From Protoeuglena noctilucae (Eukaryota), in assembly GCA_958009085.1 (NCBI GenBank), contig OY253672.1, positions 992,001-1,056,000 on the forward strand: DNA of 64,000 nucleotides. Reading direction: 5' to 3'. The position numbers were made by a program, and so were the translations under genes. Below are positions 36,738 to 49,181 of the stretch, in pieces (within the stretch, counting starts at the first letter, position 1; every line of letters starts with the position of its first letter). A model generated the notes under the pieces. The model saw nothing but the letters and a program-made list of their open reading frames with translations, searched no databases and was not told the DNA's origin.

Positions 36738-38400
36738 TCAGACAGCGCACTCGGGCCCCAACCGTTTCCGGAAGTCCTCCACCATCTCTTTCAGGCCCTC
36801 TCGCAACGGCACCTTCGGCTCCCACCCCAGCATCTCCCGCGCGCGTGCGATGTCCGGCTTGCGCTGCTGCGGGAGCCAACGCGGGGCGCGCTTCGTCACG
36901 CAAATGCCGACGAGGTCACTGCATCGGCTGCGCTATGCCTTCATCCCACAGCCGCATCCGTACCCTCTCTCACGTTTGTCGCCGTACCCACCCACGCCCA
37001 CCTAGGCCCCTCCCGAGCCACCCGCTCGCCTTGGGGTCATCCGCGGTGTTCTCCCGGAACACGATGTCGACCGCCGGGTAGACCACCTCCTTCACCAATT
37101 GAGCCAGCTCCAGGATGGTGAACTCGGTGGGGTTGCCCAGGTTGAAGGGCCCGATGAGCCCCTGCTCGTTGTCCATGACGGCCATCAGCCCCCGGACGAG
37201 GTCCGACACGAACTGGAAGGACCGCGTCTGCTGGCCGTCCCCGTAGACGGTGAGCGGCTCGCCCCGCAGCGCCTGGGCCACGAAATTGGACACCACCCGG
37301 CCGTCGTCCAGGGACATGTGGGGGCCGTAGGTGTTGAAGATGCGCACGATGCGCACGGCGAGGCCGTGCTCTCGGTGGTAGTCCATCGTGAGCGTCTCGG
37401 AGACACGCTTGCCCTCGTCGTAGCACGATCGCTCCCTGAGAGACGGCAGGCGAGGTTCGGTGGGGACAAAACATGGAACGGAACCGGCGGGTTGCTTAAA
37501 GAAGGCGCTGTAGCCGGGCCGGGCGCGTCTCTGCATGCAGCTGGTCCCACAATAGGGCCCGCACCCGGCATTGCGGCCCGCCGATGCGAGGGGCATTGAG
37601 GGACATGGAATCAGGTGACTCCGGCGGGTCTCCTCACCCGATGGGATTGACGTTGCCCCAGTACGTCTCTTTCTGAGGGTGCTCCAATGGGTCCCCGTAC
37701 ACCTCGGACGTGGAGGTGAGGAGGAACTTGGCGCGGCAGCGCTTGGCCAGGCCCAGCATGTTCATCGTTCCCAGGAAGGCCGTCTTCAGGGTCTTGATCG
37801 GGTTGTACTGCGGCGCGGGAGGACCGTCGTGTGATTGTGGAAAGACCCTGGGATGGCAGGGCTGGTGAGACGAGGACACGCCCGCCTGCGCTCACCTTGT
37901 AGTGGATGGGCGACGCGGGGCAGGCGAGGTGGTAGACCTCATCGACTTCCAGCAGGATGGGCTGGACGACGTCGTGCCGGACCAGCTCGAAGTTGGGCCT
38001 GCAGGCGAGCCGGTCGGTACGCTCTCAGTCCCCGTCAACAGCGCCGGCCCTCGATCCGCTCGAGGCCTGCTGCAAGCCTCGCACCTGTCCAGCAAGTGCG
38101 CGACGTTCTCCTTCGTGCCCGTGAAGAAGTTGTCGAGGCAAATGACGTGGTCCCCCCGCTCCACGAGCGCCGTGCAGAGGTGGGAGCCCACGAACCCTGC
38201 AACCGCGTCCGGGATAGCAGGTGCATGTAAATCAAAAGCAACGTGCACGGCAGACACTCCGATCGAACGCCGGATCCTGCATCGCGGCACAAGCACGGGC
38301 GGGACCCACCTGCGCCCCCCGAGACGACAACCCGCCTGCGCTCAGACCGCGGCTTCGTCTTAATGACGGTCCCGTTCATCTCCTTGTGGACGGCCGACAT
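36738..38400 (-). CDS. UXS: UDP-glucuronate decarboxylase / UDP-xylose synthase
   Basis: [68 protein letters not shown]. Confidence 0.96.
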
Positions 38401-38649
38401 GGCGGCCGGCGCCTCGCTCGCGCAATCAGGTCAGAAAGACCGGTTTCCGCAGTCGCAGCAATCGCGGGGCGTCACGCTCGCTCTGGCCGCCGAGGAGGCA
38501 TTCACTGACACCCGACATGCAAAGTACGCGCGATTCGTTCAGAGAGGACGCGGTTTACGGGGCAGGGCGAACTGCCCTGCCTGACAGTACGGTTCGCAAG
38601 GCACGACGACGGATGTCGCAATTGGCACGTCACGCCTTCCCTACGGCTC

Positions 38650-40471
38650 CTACACCATGAGCTCCACCAGCAGCGAAAGGTGGTCCGACGGATACGTCGC
38701 GCTAGGGAGCGCCCCGGGCCCAATGATCTCCTTCGTCAAGGGCTTCCAACACCTGCGGGCGTCGTTGCGGCAAACGGGCGTCGAAACGCGCTCTTCGCGG
38801 TTGTGGTAATAATCTTACGAGCAGGCACCCGCGCCCGCACCTGGCTGGCCGCATGCAGGGCGACCTCCACCAAATGTAATCGATGACGCACTTCTTCTCA
38901 CACTCAGACGTCCGGAATTTCCAGGTGCTGTACAGGTCCCCGTTCACATCCCTGTAAAGGCGGCAAATTCCCGAGCTCCTGCGCTCGTCACGCCACCCGG
39001 CCCCTCCACGCCCGTGCACGCCACAAGCGCCGCCCACCTGTTGGGAAGGGCCTCGCCCCCCGCCCCGTCATCGCCCTCCTGGAACAAGCTCCAGTAGGAC
39101 TCTAGTCGCAGCAAGCTCCCGTCCATCTTCTCGATCGCCGCCGTCCCTGGCTTGGTGTTGAAGTCCCCCGTGATCACGATGGGCACCTTCTCCGCCCGGA
39201 CCCCCGCGCGCTGCGCAAGCGTGTGGCTGTAGTCCGTGACCGCCTCGAGCAGCTCTGCGGGACGGGAGGGGGAGGGCGCGGCGTTTGGGCGCGAGCGGGC
39301 GGAGGTCGCAGCGGGTGGCAAGCGGTGGCGCCCCGCCCCTCACCCAGTGCTTGTCCGTGTCGAATACGGTCGTTCTCTGGGGTGACCTTGGCCTTGAGGT
39401 GCGTCGTCGCGAGCAGCACGCCGCTGGAAGCCCCATTCATCGCCTCCTTGGGCAAGCGGAAGGTGAAGTGAGCCAGCAGCGCGCTCTGGTTGGACGGCAC
39501 ATCCAGGTACTTGCTGCGGGGTACAGGCGAGTCGCCCGGCGGTGAGAGGAGCCGGGCAGAGACTGCGCCGCGCGGCTGCGGGCCGCGACCTCGCCTGTAC
39601 TGGAAGTTGAAGTGGTCGCGGCACTCAAGCCTTGCGTCCCTCCAAAAGACGGCCAGACCGTCCGACGGCGCGCCGTAGACGGTGGCGGGAGACGAATGCT
39701 TGGCCACATGGAGGCCCTTGTACCCCATAGCCCCGAGTTTGGGCTCCCAGCTGTCCTTGAAATGGTTGCACTCCTGCGGAGGTGGGGCCCGGCAGTTGGG
39801 TTCTCGCGCGAGGGCGCGAAAAACGGGCCCGGGCGCGCCCAGCCCACGGGACAACAACATGCGTACCTGAAGCGTGATGATATCCGGCTGCCCCTCCTCG
39901 ATTTCGGCGAGCATGAGCGCGAAGCGGTGCTTCCACTCGAGATGCTCTTTGGCCGCGTATTTGAAATCCCCCGACTGGGCCAGGCCGTCCGCGAGAATGT
40001 TCCACTGCAGCCACGTCGGCAAGCGTGTCGCGCGCGCCCAGGCGGGCGGTGCCGCGGCGCGGGGGCGCGGGCCAGTTGAACGCGGCGAACCTGCATCACT
40101 CGCAGCGGCTGGCCGTGTGCGTCCCGATCCAACTCCATCCACTCCCGCCTGCATCGGGGCCGAGCAAGAAAGTCGGGCGCGGGCGCCCGGGAAGGCGGGT
40201 CTGGGGACGCCAGCGAGGGGCCCCTGCCAACGGGCCCTGCCGCGCGCCCACACCTCCTTTGACCGGCCGACATCACGGTCTCCAACTCTCCCCCCTTCGA
40301 TGCGTCGTAACAAAGCGTCCCGCGCCGGCAACGGCTCGTCGCGAGCCTCGGCGCCCGGCCCGGGCGGGCCCAGCGCCCTGCCGCCAAACTGTGAGCCGAT
40401 TCCCTTCGATGCAGATAGTTGCAAAGACAGCCTGGGATTACGGGGCTCGTCAGTGGACGTGGCCAACCCAT
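38650..40471 (-). CDS. Nocturnin/CCR4-like EEP phosphatase
   Basis: LRVMQWNILADGL, QPDIITLQE, THLKAK, ITGDFN, STWKFR, IDYIW, YPSDHLSL. Confidence 0.9.
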
Positions 40472-40571
40472 CCTGATCCTGCTCCGCCTAACTCGCCGCC
40501 ATCACGAGGAGATGGAGGCACAGACGACGAGAAAAGATGTTATTGACTGCCAAACTTTGGCCGGTCCCCAC

Positions 40572-41570
40572 ATGGGGGGTCTTACAAGACCAAATATCCC
40601 GTCACTGGCACGCGAGCGCCCCACAATTGCCAGGGCCGGCGAAAACAGCCGGCCAGTCCTGTCCATGGTGAGGCGGTGAAGTCGGCGGTGCTTTCTCAAC
40701 CAGGCCATGCATGCCCAGGCGCATCTGGCCTGCGGTGTGCCAGCCCAGCCCCGGTGGGCGCCATCCTCTTCCCCGTGCGCGCCATCCCCGCTGTGCAACG
40801 GTCGAAATTGTTCCCCGATTCGCGCAGCTTTAGCCGATGCGTTCGTTGGGGCCGCTGACGCGCCCATCAGCGTGCTCGGGCTCGTGCTTTTGCCTGCGCT
40901 CGCTGCCTGGTACGAGCGCCCGCTGGGCTGGGCGGCATATGACCTTCTGGAGGTGCAGAGCAGGTGAGCGGACGGAAAGGGGCGCTCTAGTGAATGCACT
41001 GATTGCCTCTGCCGGCAGCCAAGAAGCCACAACGCCCCAACGTCGCAGCGCCATCCATGGCCGGGGAGTGTTCGCAAGGACTAGCATAGCAAAGGGCACT
41101 CCTTTGGGGGTGTATCCAGGCCGAGTACGTACGGGTGAGTGATATCAATGCCCAGCCGATGCTGGCGCTGCAGAGGGGCCCATGATGCGTCCCACAGCAC
41201 ATTGTGCCCTGCAGCCGACGAGATGCTGGCGAAGGCCCAGCGGAGCCCAGAAGCCAAGCAGTACGTCTTTCGCACGGACGAGACGCCGGTGCGCTTCGTC
41301 GACCCCACCGACGTGCACGGCCAACCCAGCCGCTATCCTGGTCCCGGCCTCCCATGGCCCTTCGCGCTGGACTGCACCCTGGCGTTCGTCAACGAGCCGC
41401 CCCCACGGTCCAGGCCCAACGTGGAGGTGGACACGTCCCAAGGGCCACGCATCATCTTCAAAGCAAGCGAAGATATCGCGCCCGGCGAGGAACTCTTCGT
41501 AGACTACGGAACCACATACGACCGCACAAGCTACGGGCCCGCCCCGGGCGCCGACCCACGGCAGCGGTGA
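40572..41570 (+). CDS. Small SET-domain protein with N-terminal hydrophobic segment; start uncertain
   Basis: SAIHGRGVFART.IAKG..LGVYPG, FVNEP..PNV, DIAPGEELFVDYG. Confidence 0.82.
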
Positions 41571-41629
41571 TGCGCTGGGGCAGGCGGCCGACGCGCGTAA
41601 GCGGGCTCGACCTCGTCTGCACCCGGTCA

Positions 41630-43345
41630 CTATGGCCGCGCCATGGCATCGACCATGGCCTCGACCTCCGGCAGACGTCGGCGCATCTCGGCCACGCGGA
41701 CCTCAAAGTAGCCGAAGTAGTCGAAGTCGATGGTCGAGTAGCGAGCCTGGATGATGGCCCAGATAGCCCAGAGGAAGTGGCTGGCGAGGGAGAAGGCGTT
41801 GCCTTCGGCGACGAGCTGCGCCACGCTGGCGGCGGGCACGGCGGCCGCGTCGGACGGCGAAGGCCGCTCGCCCCCCGGGCCCGCGGCCAGGTAGGCGCGC
41901 GCGAAGCGCTCCTGGGCCTCTGGCGTCGGGTAGCGCGAGTAGTCGCACGCCAGCCCCGCGTACTCGTTCCAGTGGTTGCCAAAGTCGAACCCCCGGTGGT
42001 TGTAGGAGCTGTATTCGAAGTCGATGAAGGTCAGGTCGTCGGGGGTCTCGGGGCGCTCCCGGCCGCCCAGAACGAGGATGTTCCCGGGGAGGAGGTCGTT
42101 GTGGCAGAAGACGACGGGGGACCTGACGCGCTCGCACACGCCCGAGACGCGGCCGAGGTCGGCCTCGAGCGCCGCCCAGTCCAGATTCTCGAAAAAGGCC
42201 CGCTTTCGCTTGTCCTCGAAGCGCACGGCCCGCGCGGCCCGGACGTACTTGTCCAGCATGGGGAGGAGCTGGGGCTCGCTCGTGCTGCTCTCGACGTGGA
42301 GCGAGTGCCTGCGGGGGGCTCAGGGCGCAGTCCGGTCGCGACTCCCATGCGGGGCGGAGTGCGTGCCTGCGCTCCTCTCGCGCCCTGCCTATCCCACGCA
42401 CCATCTCCGCAGCTTGGCCGCGATGCACTCCTGCACGAGGGGCTCGGCGACCATGTCGGCGTCCATCGTCACGCACGGGAGGAACTGCTCGAACCTGCCG
42501 CCGTCGAACGTGCCGAGCAGAGCCGCCCCGAACCCGCTGCGGTTGAGCTGCAGCATGTGCGCCAGCTCCTCCTTCCTGCGCGGACGGCACGGCACGTCGC
42601 TCGGGTGCGCTCCACAATGCGAGGTGTTTGACTGCCCAGAGGGTCCCGGGAGCGCCGCTTGCGTCACCTGTCAATCAATAATTCCGTGTTCTCCCCAAAG
42701 ATGCGCGCGCATACAGGACTGCGGTCACAGGGAGTGCGGGCAAGGCTGTCGGAAGGTGCCCCAGCAACACACGGCCACCCCGCGCCGTGGACCAGGGCGC
42801 AACACGCTAGCTGCCCAGGACTGGGTTCCCGAGCGTGGGGAGGTCCGGGTCGAGAGGGTCCTGCGCCCCCGCTCGACGAGCGGGCCGCTACCTGCCTGAG
42901 GTTCCGCCCTGGCGGGGGTGTGAACTTCCACAGCATGTTCGTGATGCCCCCCGAGATGGCCTCGTGCTTGATGTCGTCCACGTCGATCCCGTGCCAGCCG
43001 TCAAGCGTGCGAACGCAGGCCTGCGCGCGGCGCGAGACGCTCCTGGGCGTCGTGCGCTCCCCAAGCCCATCCCTGCCCGCGTGGGCCAAATCCGAGGAAA
43101 CCGCAGCTTTCGCTCGAGCACACCAGCCGTAAATCGCCCCTCGTCGACGCCGCGGGTCACGCGCCCGGCGCGCGAGGCCAATCGGGGACTGTACCGGCTG
43201 CAATGCTCACCCGCTTCGCCGCCCTGACTCGGTCGCCCGGCGCAAGCTCGTCCATCGCTTCCGAGGGCGCGTGGCACGCGATGGACGCCTCCTTGTGCGC
43301 CCCCAGCCCGTCCCTGCCGAGTTCCGTCTCGCAGGCCATCACCAT
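41630..43345 (-). CDS. Choline/ethanolamine kinase
   Basis: ISGGITN, RIFGENTELLIDR, VFCHNDLLPGNIL, FIDFEYSSYNHRGFDFGNHWNEYAG, LASHFLWAIW. Confidence 0.94.
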
Positions 43346-43643
43346 CGCAGACGTCCGTGGATGCTCGCGCGGCGCGCAAAGAATGCCGTGAATTGTCACC
43401 TTGGGCAGCGGCGTCGTCCATTCTCATCGCGGTGCCCTAGTCGGATGCCAGTGGAACGCCGGACTTTATGAAGCGCCCCGCGCCCAGGAGTTGGAAGAGA
43501 GTTGCGCAAGTTTCACTGAAGCGCGCGGGGGCATCGCAAGGGCTTGGCTGCGCGTTGCGCCATCGCCAGGATCGTCGACGCGTGAGCAGCCCCGCAACGC
43601 ATCGCCCCTCCGCCGCGCGTCAGCCGCCGTCCCCGGGGACGTG

Positions 43644-45715
43644 ATGTCGTCGTTTAAGAGCAACGTGTGCTGCCCAACGGGCAGGGGCGATGGGTCGCAT
43701 CTGTCGCCCAACGAGGTCGTGGCGCTGCGGGCGGCGGCCACGCGGGAGGCCGCGGCGAGGGCGATCGAGGACATCGGGTGAGGCGCGCGGACGCATGCCG
43801 TGGAGGCTCTTGCGCGTCTGTGAATGCGGATGCGCCGTCAGACGCTGTCCCTCGCGCGCACTGCTGTTGAGACGGTGGGGCTGCGCCCAGACGCGTGCCC
43901 GCCGCGCCGGCGACGTGCGCGGGCGCCGCGCCGACGCCTGTCGCACTCGGTCGCAGGATGCCACTAGAGGAGCGATTCCAGCTGTGCCGGTCCGTGGCGG
44001 AGGAGTGCGTGCAGGACGACGATCTGATGGCGCTCCTCAAGGCCCGGGCCTCCCCGGTCGCCTACGACGGGTTCGAGCCGTCCGGGAGGATGCACATTGC
44101 GCAGGGGGTGATGAAAGCGCTGAACGTGAACAAGCTGACCAAGGCGGGCTGCACCTTCAAGTTCTGGGTCGCAGACTGGTTTGCGCAGCTGAACAACAAG
44201 GTGGGCGCGACAGCTAGGCGCACCAGCCGCTACTACGCCTCCCCTCATCCGATGAGCGCGGGCTTAAGATCGCGTTGCTGCCACCCACAGCACGTAATTG
44301 AGTCATAACCGCGCCAGAGCACGCATGGGGCGGCGCGTGATCCACGCGCCGCCTCCGCAACGCAGCCGCGGGGTGGCTCGCGAGCGCCGCCTGGGGGCTC
44401 GCCTCCGTGCCGCGTGACCCTCGCGATGCCGTCCCCGCGCCTCTGCGGACACGCCCACGCGCGGCGCGAGGCACCAGCCTTGCCGTCCGCGATCCCTGGA
44501 CGCGTCGCCCTGTGCTGCGCCTTACTCGCAGATGGACGGCGACCTGAAGAAGATCCGGGTGGTGGGGGAGTACATGATTGAGGTCTGGAAGGCCGTGGGG
44601 ATGGACCTCAGCAAAGTGCAGGTGCAGTTTCTGAAGCGATGTACATGATGCACGATGTACAGCTTCCTCTTTGCTGGCAGATTGGGAACATTATTACGCA
44701 CGTCCACCGCCCGCAGTTCCTGTGGGCCTCGGAGGAGATCAACCGGAACCCGGCCGAGTACTGGACGCTCGTGATGGACATTGCGATCAAGAACAACCTC
44801 AAGCGCATCATCCGGTGCTCCCAGATCATGGGCCGCAACGAGACGGACGAGCTCGCAGCCGCGCAGATCTTCTACCCCGTCATGCAGTGTGCGGACATCT
44901 TCTTCCTCCGCGCCGACATCTGCCAGCTGGGCATGGACCAGCGCAAGGTCCGTCGGACGCTAACGCGTAGGGTGCGAGGCGGCCTCTGCGGGCGCCCTTC
45001 TTGACTGGGTCGCCTCGTTTGAGCCCGCGCAGGTCAACATGCTCGCCCGGGAGTACTGCGACGTGTGCAAGCCCAAGCGCAAGTTCAAGCCGGTCATCCT
45101 GTCGCACCGCATGATGCCGGGTCTCAAGCAGGGCCAGGAGAAGATGTCCAAGTCGGACCCCGAGAGCGCCATTTTCATGGAGGACAGCGAGCAGGAGGTC
45201 AACACCAAGGTGACGGGAAGGCGGAGCGTGGGGATGCGCCTGCGCCGAGGGGCACAGATGGATGGGCTTCGTCTTACATGACCGCGAGCGAATATGAAGC
45301 ATTTCGTGCTCTGCAGATCAAGAAGGCCTTCTGCCCGCCCGGGGAGGTCGAGGGCAACCCCATCCTCGAGTACGTCCGCTACATCGTGCTGCCGTGGGCC
45401 GGGTCGCTCAGCGTGGACGTCAAGGACACGGGCGCGGTATCCTACACGACCGCGGACGACCTGGAACGGGACTACAAGTGAGACGCGGGCGGGTCTGGCT
45501 TTCTCACAACTTGGATCGGGATCAAGGGACAGCTGCGAACACTTTTCTCTGGCGTCGTGGCTCGCAGGGAGTGCAAGGTGCACCCTTCGGACCTCAAGCC
45601 CGCTGTCGCGGCGGCCATCAACCGCATCCTGCAGCCGGTGCGCGACCACTTTGAGCGGGACCCCAACGCCCGGGAGCTGCTCAAGAAGGTCCGCTCTTTC
45701 AAAGTCACACGATAG
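43644..45715 (+). CDS. Tyrosyl-tRNA synthetase, cytosolic plant/archaeal type
   Basis: YDGFEPSGRMHIAQG, YPVMQCADIFFL, QLGMDQRK, KMSKSDP, IKKAFCPP. Confidence 0.96.
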
Positions 45716-45827
45716 AAGGCCGCTCCCGCACATCGGTCGGCTAGTCGCAATCCGCAGGCGCAGCATCCAAACCCGTTCCCGGGCACGCACGCGCATCCAG
45801 CTTCTTTGGTTGAATCGTTAGTCGGCC

Positions 45828-46384
45828 TCACGCGCACGCGTTGCCCTGGGCCCCCTGGGCCCTGAGCTTGGCGGCGGCCACGTGCTCGGCCGCAGCCTTC
45901 ACCCGAGCGTCCAGCATCTCCTGGCGCTTCTCGGCGGCCTTCTCGATGCGCTCGTCCAGCTGCTGGGCCGCCTCGCTCGTCTGGGCGCATGGGGAGGGGT
46001 CCAAATCATCGGGGCGACGCAGGAGCGCGTTGGTCAGGAGCAACCGAGAGCGAGCGTCGAGTCGGTGACGTCCGTGCAGGCACAGGTGGGACCCACCTGG
46101 GCGGCGCGCCTCGAGGCAGCCTCCTCCACTTTGGCGGTCACGCCCGCGGCGGCCGTGCGGCGAGCATCGAGCTGGGCCTCCGCCCGCTCCTGCGCCGCCG
46201 CCAGCTTGCTGTTGAGCTCCTCCGCCGTCACGTTAGGCTTGCTCGCCTCTGGCGCCGCCTTGAACTCCTGGATCTTCGCCTGGACCGTCTCAGGCAGGGG
46301 CGCCACGCCGCCGGCGAACTCCTTCTTGTAAACCTTGATCACCTCGGGGTGGTGGCCCGGGTTGCGCTGCACCGACGCGCTCAT
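45828..46384 (-). CDS. 146-aa stathmin-like helical protein (2 exons: 46384-46097, 45980-45828)
   Basis: VTAEELNSKLAAAQER and LDERIEKAAEKRQEML resemble the two stathmin tubulin-binding repeats; GT-AG intron 46096-45981. Confidence 0.55.
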
Positions 46385-47219
46385 GGTGTGGCTGCGGGGG
46401 CCCACGGAAGGGTGATGTGACCGTCGTGGAGGTGACCTCCACGACGTGACCTACCAGCCGGTCACGTCACTTCGCGCAGACACGGCCATGAAGGGGCAAG
46501 TCACGGGCCCTGCACGGGCTCTCCTTGGCGTCGCTACCCGCCAGGATGCTAGGGTTCCATGCATCCGCCCGAGAGGGGCCTCTCGGGGCGCAACGGACTC
46601 CCGGAGTGCGTGGGCTGGCGCCGCGAGCGCAGGCGCAGATACGCAAGGACGAGGGGCTTCTGCAAAAAGCATGCCCTAAATTGGAAAGCTCGGCATGGCT
46701 AACGAGGGGCATCGACGCGTGGGCGCGGCCCAGGGCCCCCCCAAGCGCCCGCTTCCCCAGGCCGCCGCACCTATGGCCTGCCGCTCGCGCGTTGCGTCGA
46801 TTGCTGCCACTAAAACGAGTTCGAACGCACCTTTCGAAGCAGCGCGGTCGCCTCGCGCGCAGGGCTGCCCTCCAATGCCTCGCTCACCTGCTGAGGCGCT
46901 TTCTTGCGTGAAGGCAGCTGATCCGATGGCGTGGACGTTGATGAGAACTGTGCGGGGATTGGACGGCGCGGAAGCTGATGAGGGGACCGGGCCGCGTCCC
47001 CTGACGTGTGTCAGACCGGTCAGACGGGGGGACCAACTAGGGCCCGAGCAGGAGGCGGTCCCCCCGAAGATTCCCTGGCATCCATGCAGTCTGCGCTCGG
47101 GCCTGGCCACCTCAAAAACGCCGCTTGCATTCGGCGTCACGCGCAGGGCGAGCAACATCTGCATTATCGCTGGGTACTAACTCGCGTTCCCTCCGCAGGC
47201 GCAGACGGTAGCCATCGCC

Positions 47220-48082
47220 ATGGGGACACTAGGGGCTGGGCAGGGTGGTCTCGCTGCCCACAAGGCGCTCATCAAGGTGTGTGCCACAGCGTCGATGTGG
47301 GGAGGGATGGCAGGCCTCGTGCGCGCACTCGTTGCGTCCAACGAGGGGCCATTCTCTCGCGCAGAACAAGATGCTCGTGGACTCGACGTCCAGTGCCATC
47401 AGCGGCCAGCTGGACAATTTGAGTCGGAACATCAAGGCCGTCGAGGCAGGTGCGCCGGGTCTGCGAGGTCGCCTGCAGCTCTCGCAAAGTCCGCCCCATC
47501 GGATGGCACTTGAACTTCGGTATCCAACCGCTGCCGAGTGCTTTGTCCGTGCCAAGGGCCGTGCATGGGCTCATCGCGCCAACTCACCGGCATGCCGAGG
47601 GCCGCAGAGATCAAGGCGGACGAGGACGGGAAGGCCGAGTACGAGAACGTCATTCGGAGGCTGGAAGCAAGGAAGCGGGACCTCGAAAAACGCATAGGTG
47701 GGGACGCCTGGCCCGGCGCTCGCCCTCGCCGGCCTCCACAGTCCCAGACAGCCACTGCTCCTTCTCCGCGTGCAGTCGCGAACCAGGACTGGATCAACAC
47801 GTACGAAAAGGACCTGGGTGAGTGCATGCGCCAGCTGGGCTGGCAGACTGGCCCGTCGCTTTGAGAGAAGGCACGGAGCAACCCTCCTTGCCCCTCCCAA
47901 CTCACACAGGGCCCTTCAAGGACAAGTACCATGCGCTTGTGAAGGAGATCGAGCAGCTCTACGGCAGTGCCAAGGACAAGCACGCCAAGGGCATCCAGAT
48001 GCTGGTCAACGAGTTCGACTACCACGTGGCCTACAAGCGCTGGTCCGACTCGTTCACGGCGGTGCCCTTCAAACCTAGCTGA
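47220..48082 (+). CDS. Small coiled-coil protein (5 exons), distant SSNA1/DIP13-like
   Basis: Spliced MGTLGAGQGGLAAHKALIK|NKMLVDS..|EIKADEDGKAEYENVIRRLEARKRDLEKRI|VANQDWINTYEKDL|GPFKDKY..AVPFKPS*. Confidence 0.6.
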
Positions 48083-48174
48083 GCTTTGATCGTTCCCGGC
48101 CAAAGGGGCACGCGTGACTCATGTTTCAAACCCGCGTTCGCACACCTGCATGCTGCATGCTGACGTCGCCACAC

Positions 48175-48879
48175 CTATCGCCGCTTCTTCCCCTTCTTCC
48201 CATGGAACCTGGGGCGGAAGGAGGGGCTCATGGGTTCAGAGGAGGCACGAGCAAGAGAGACCACAGCATTCCTGCGCGCCTTCGGGTCACGCCGAGCCGG
48301 CCAAAACGCAAAAACTTTGCCAGCACACCCCATGCGCGGCGGACACTCACGCTGCGGTCTCTCCCTCGGATCCAGCGACCCCCTTCTGTGCAACCGACGA
48401 CGTGTCCGCTTCGTCCGCCGCCGCCGGGCCCCGCGACATCAGCCGAACCATCGTCCGCGTGAACTCCTCGACGAGCCGCATATCCTCGGCCTGCAGAGCC
48501 CGACCGTTAAGGCGCGGATGGCACCAATGACATCTAAAGAAAGCATCCGCGGGCGCGGGGGCGAGCGGGATCAGCGGGCGCGCGTGGCTTGCCTTCTCCA
48601 CGCGGAACTGGACGCACTGCGCGTCGTTCGTCACCATCATCGTGAGGACGCCATCACAATGCCTGGCAAGAAGGAGACGAAGGCGTTAGCGATCACAGGG
48701 TGGAGCGAGAGCCCTGGGCTCGGTCGCAGATGACATCGGGCCGGCACGGCAGCCCATGAAGTGGTTTCCCCCGCCTCCTGGCACCTGTACTTGGTGGCGA
48801 ACCTGGCCCTGGTCGGGTTCGATAGAAAAATGTCCTTTCCCTGCTGCTGAAACGACGCGAAGTCGCTAATGTAGACCAT
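48175..48879 (-). CDS. SRP9: Signal recognition particle 9 kDa subunit
   Basis: MVYISDFASF..LSNPTRARFATKYR..VTNDAQCVQFR..DMRLVE; probable basic last exon KKGKKRR*. Confidence 0.85.
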
Positions 48880-49181
48880 CCTCCCCTTAAGCCATGGCCG
48901 ACGCCCCCCCAACCGCTGCTGTGCAACGCAATCTCCGCTGACCTATGCACCGATGTGCTGTGGTATGGGTGATGTGAATCCTGCTGCTGTTGTGTTGCCA
49001 GTGCACGCAGTCAGGCAGGTCAATTTGCCACGCATGGGCTTTTCTCAGCCAGGACACGCCGACAGCACATGATCCGCCGCCCCCGTGGCGTACGTGACAT
49101 GGAAGCTGTTGCGTGAAACGCAGGAGACTAATTTCATGTCCGGCTGAGAGTCGGCACGCCAAACTTGGAGCGTGGCGGCGA

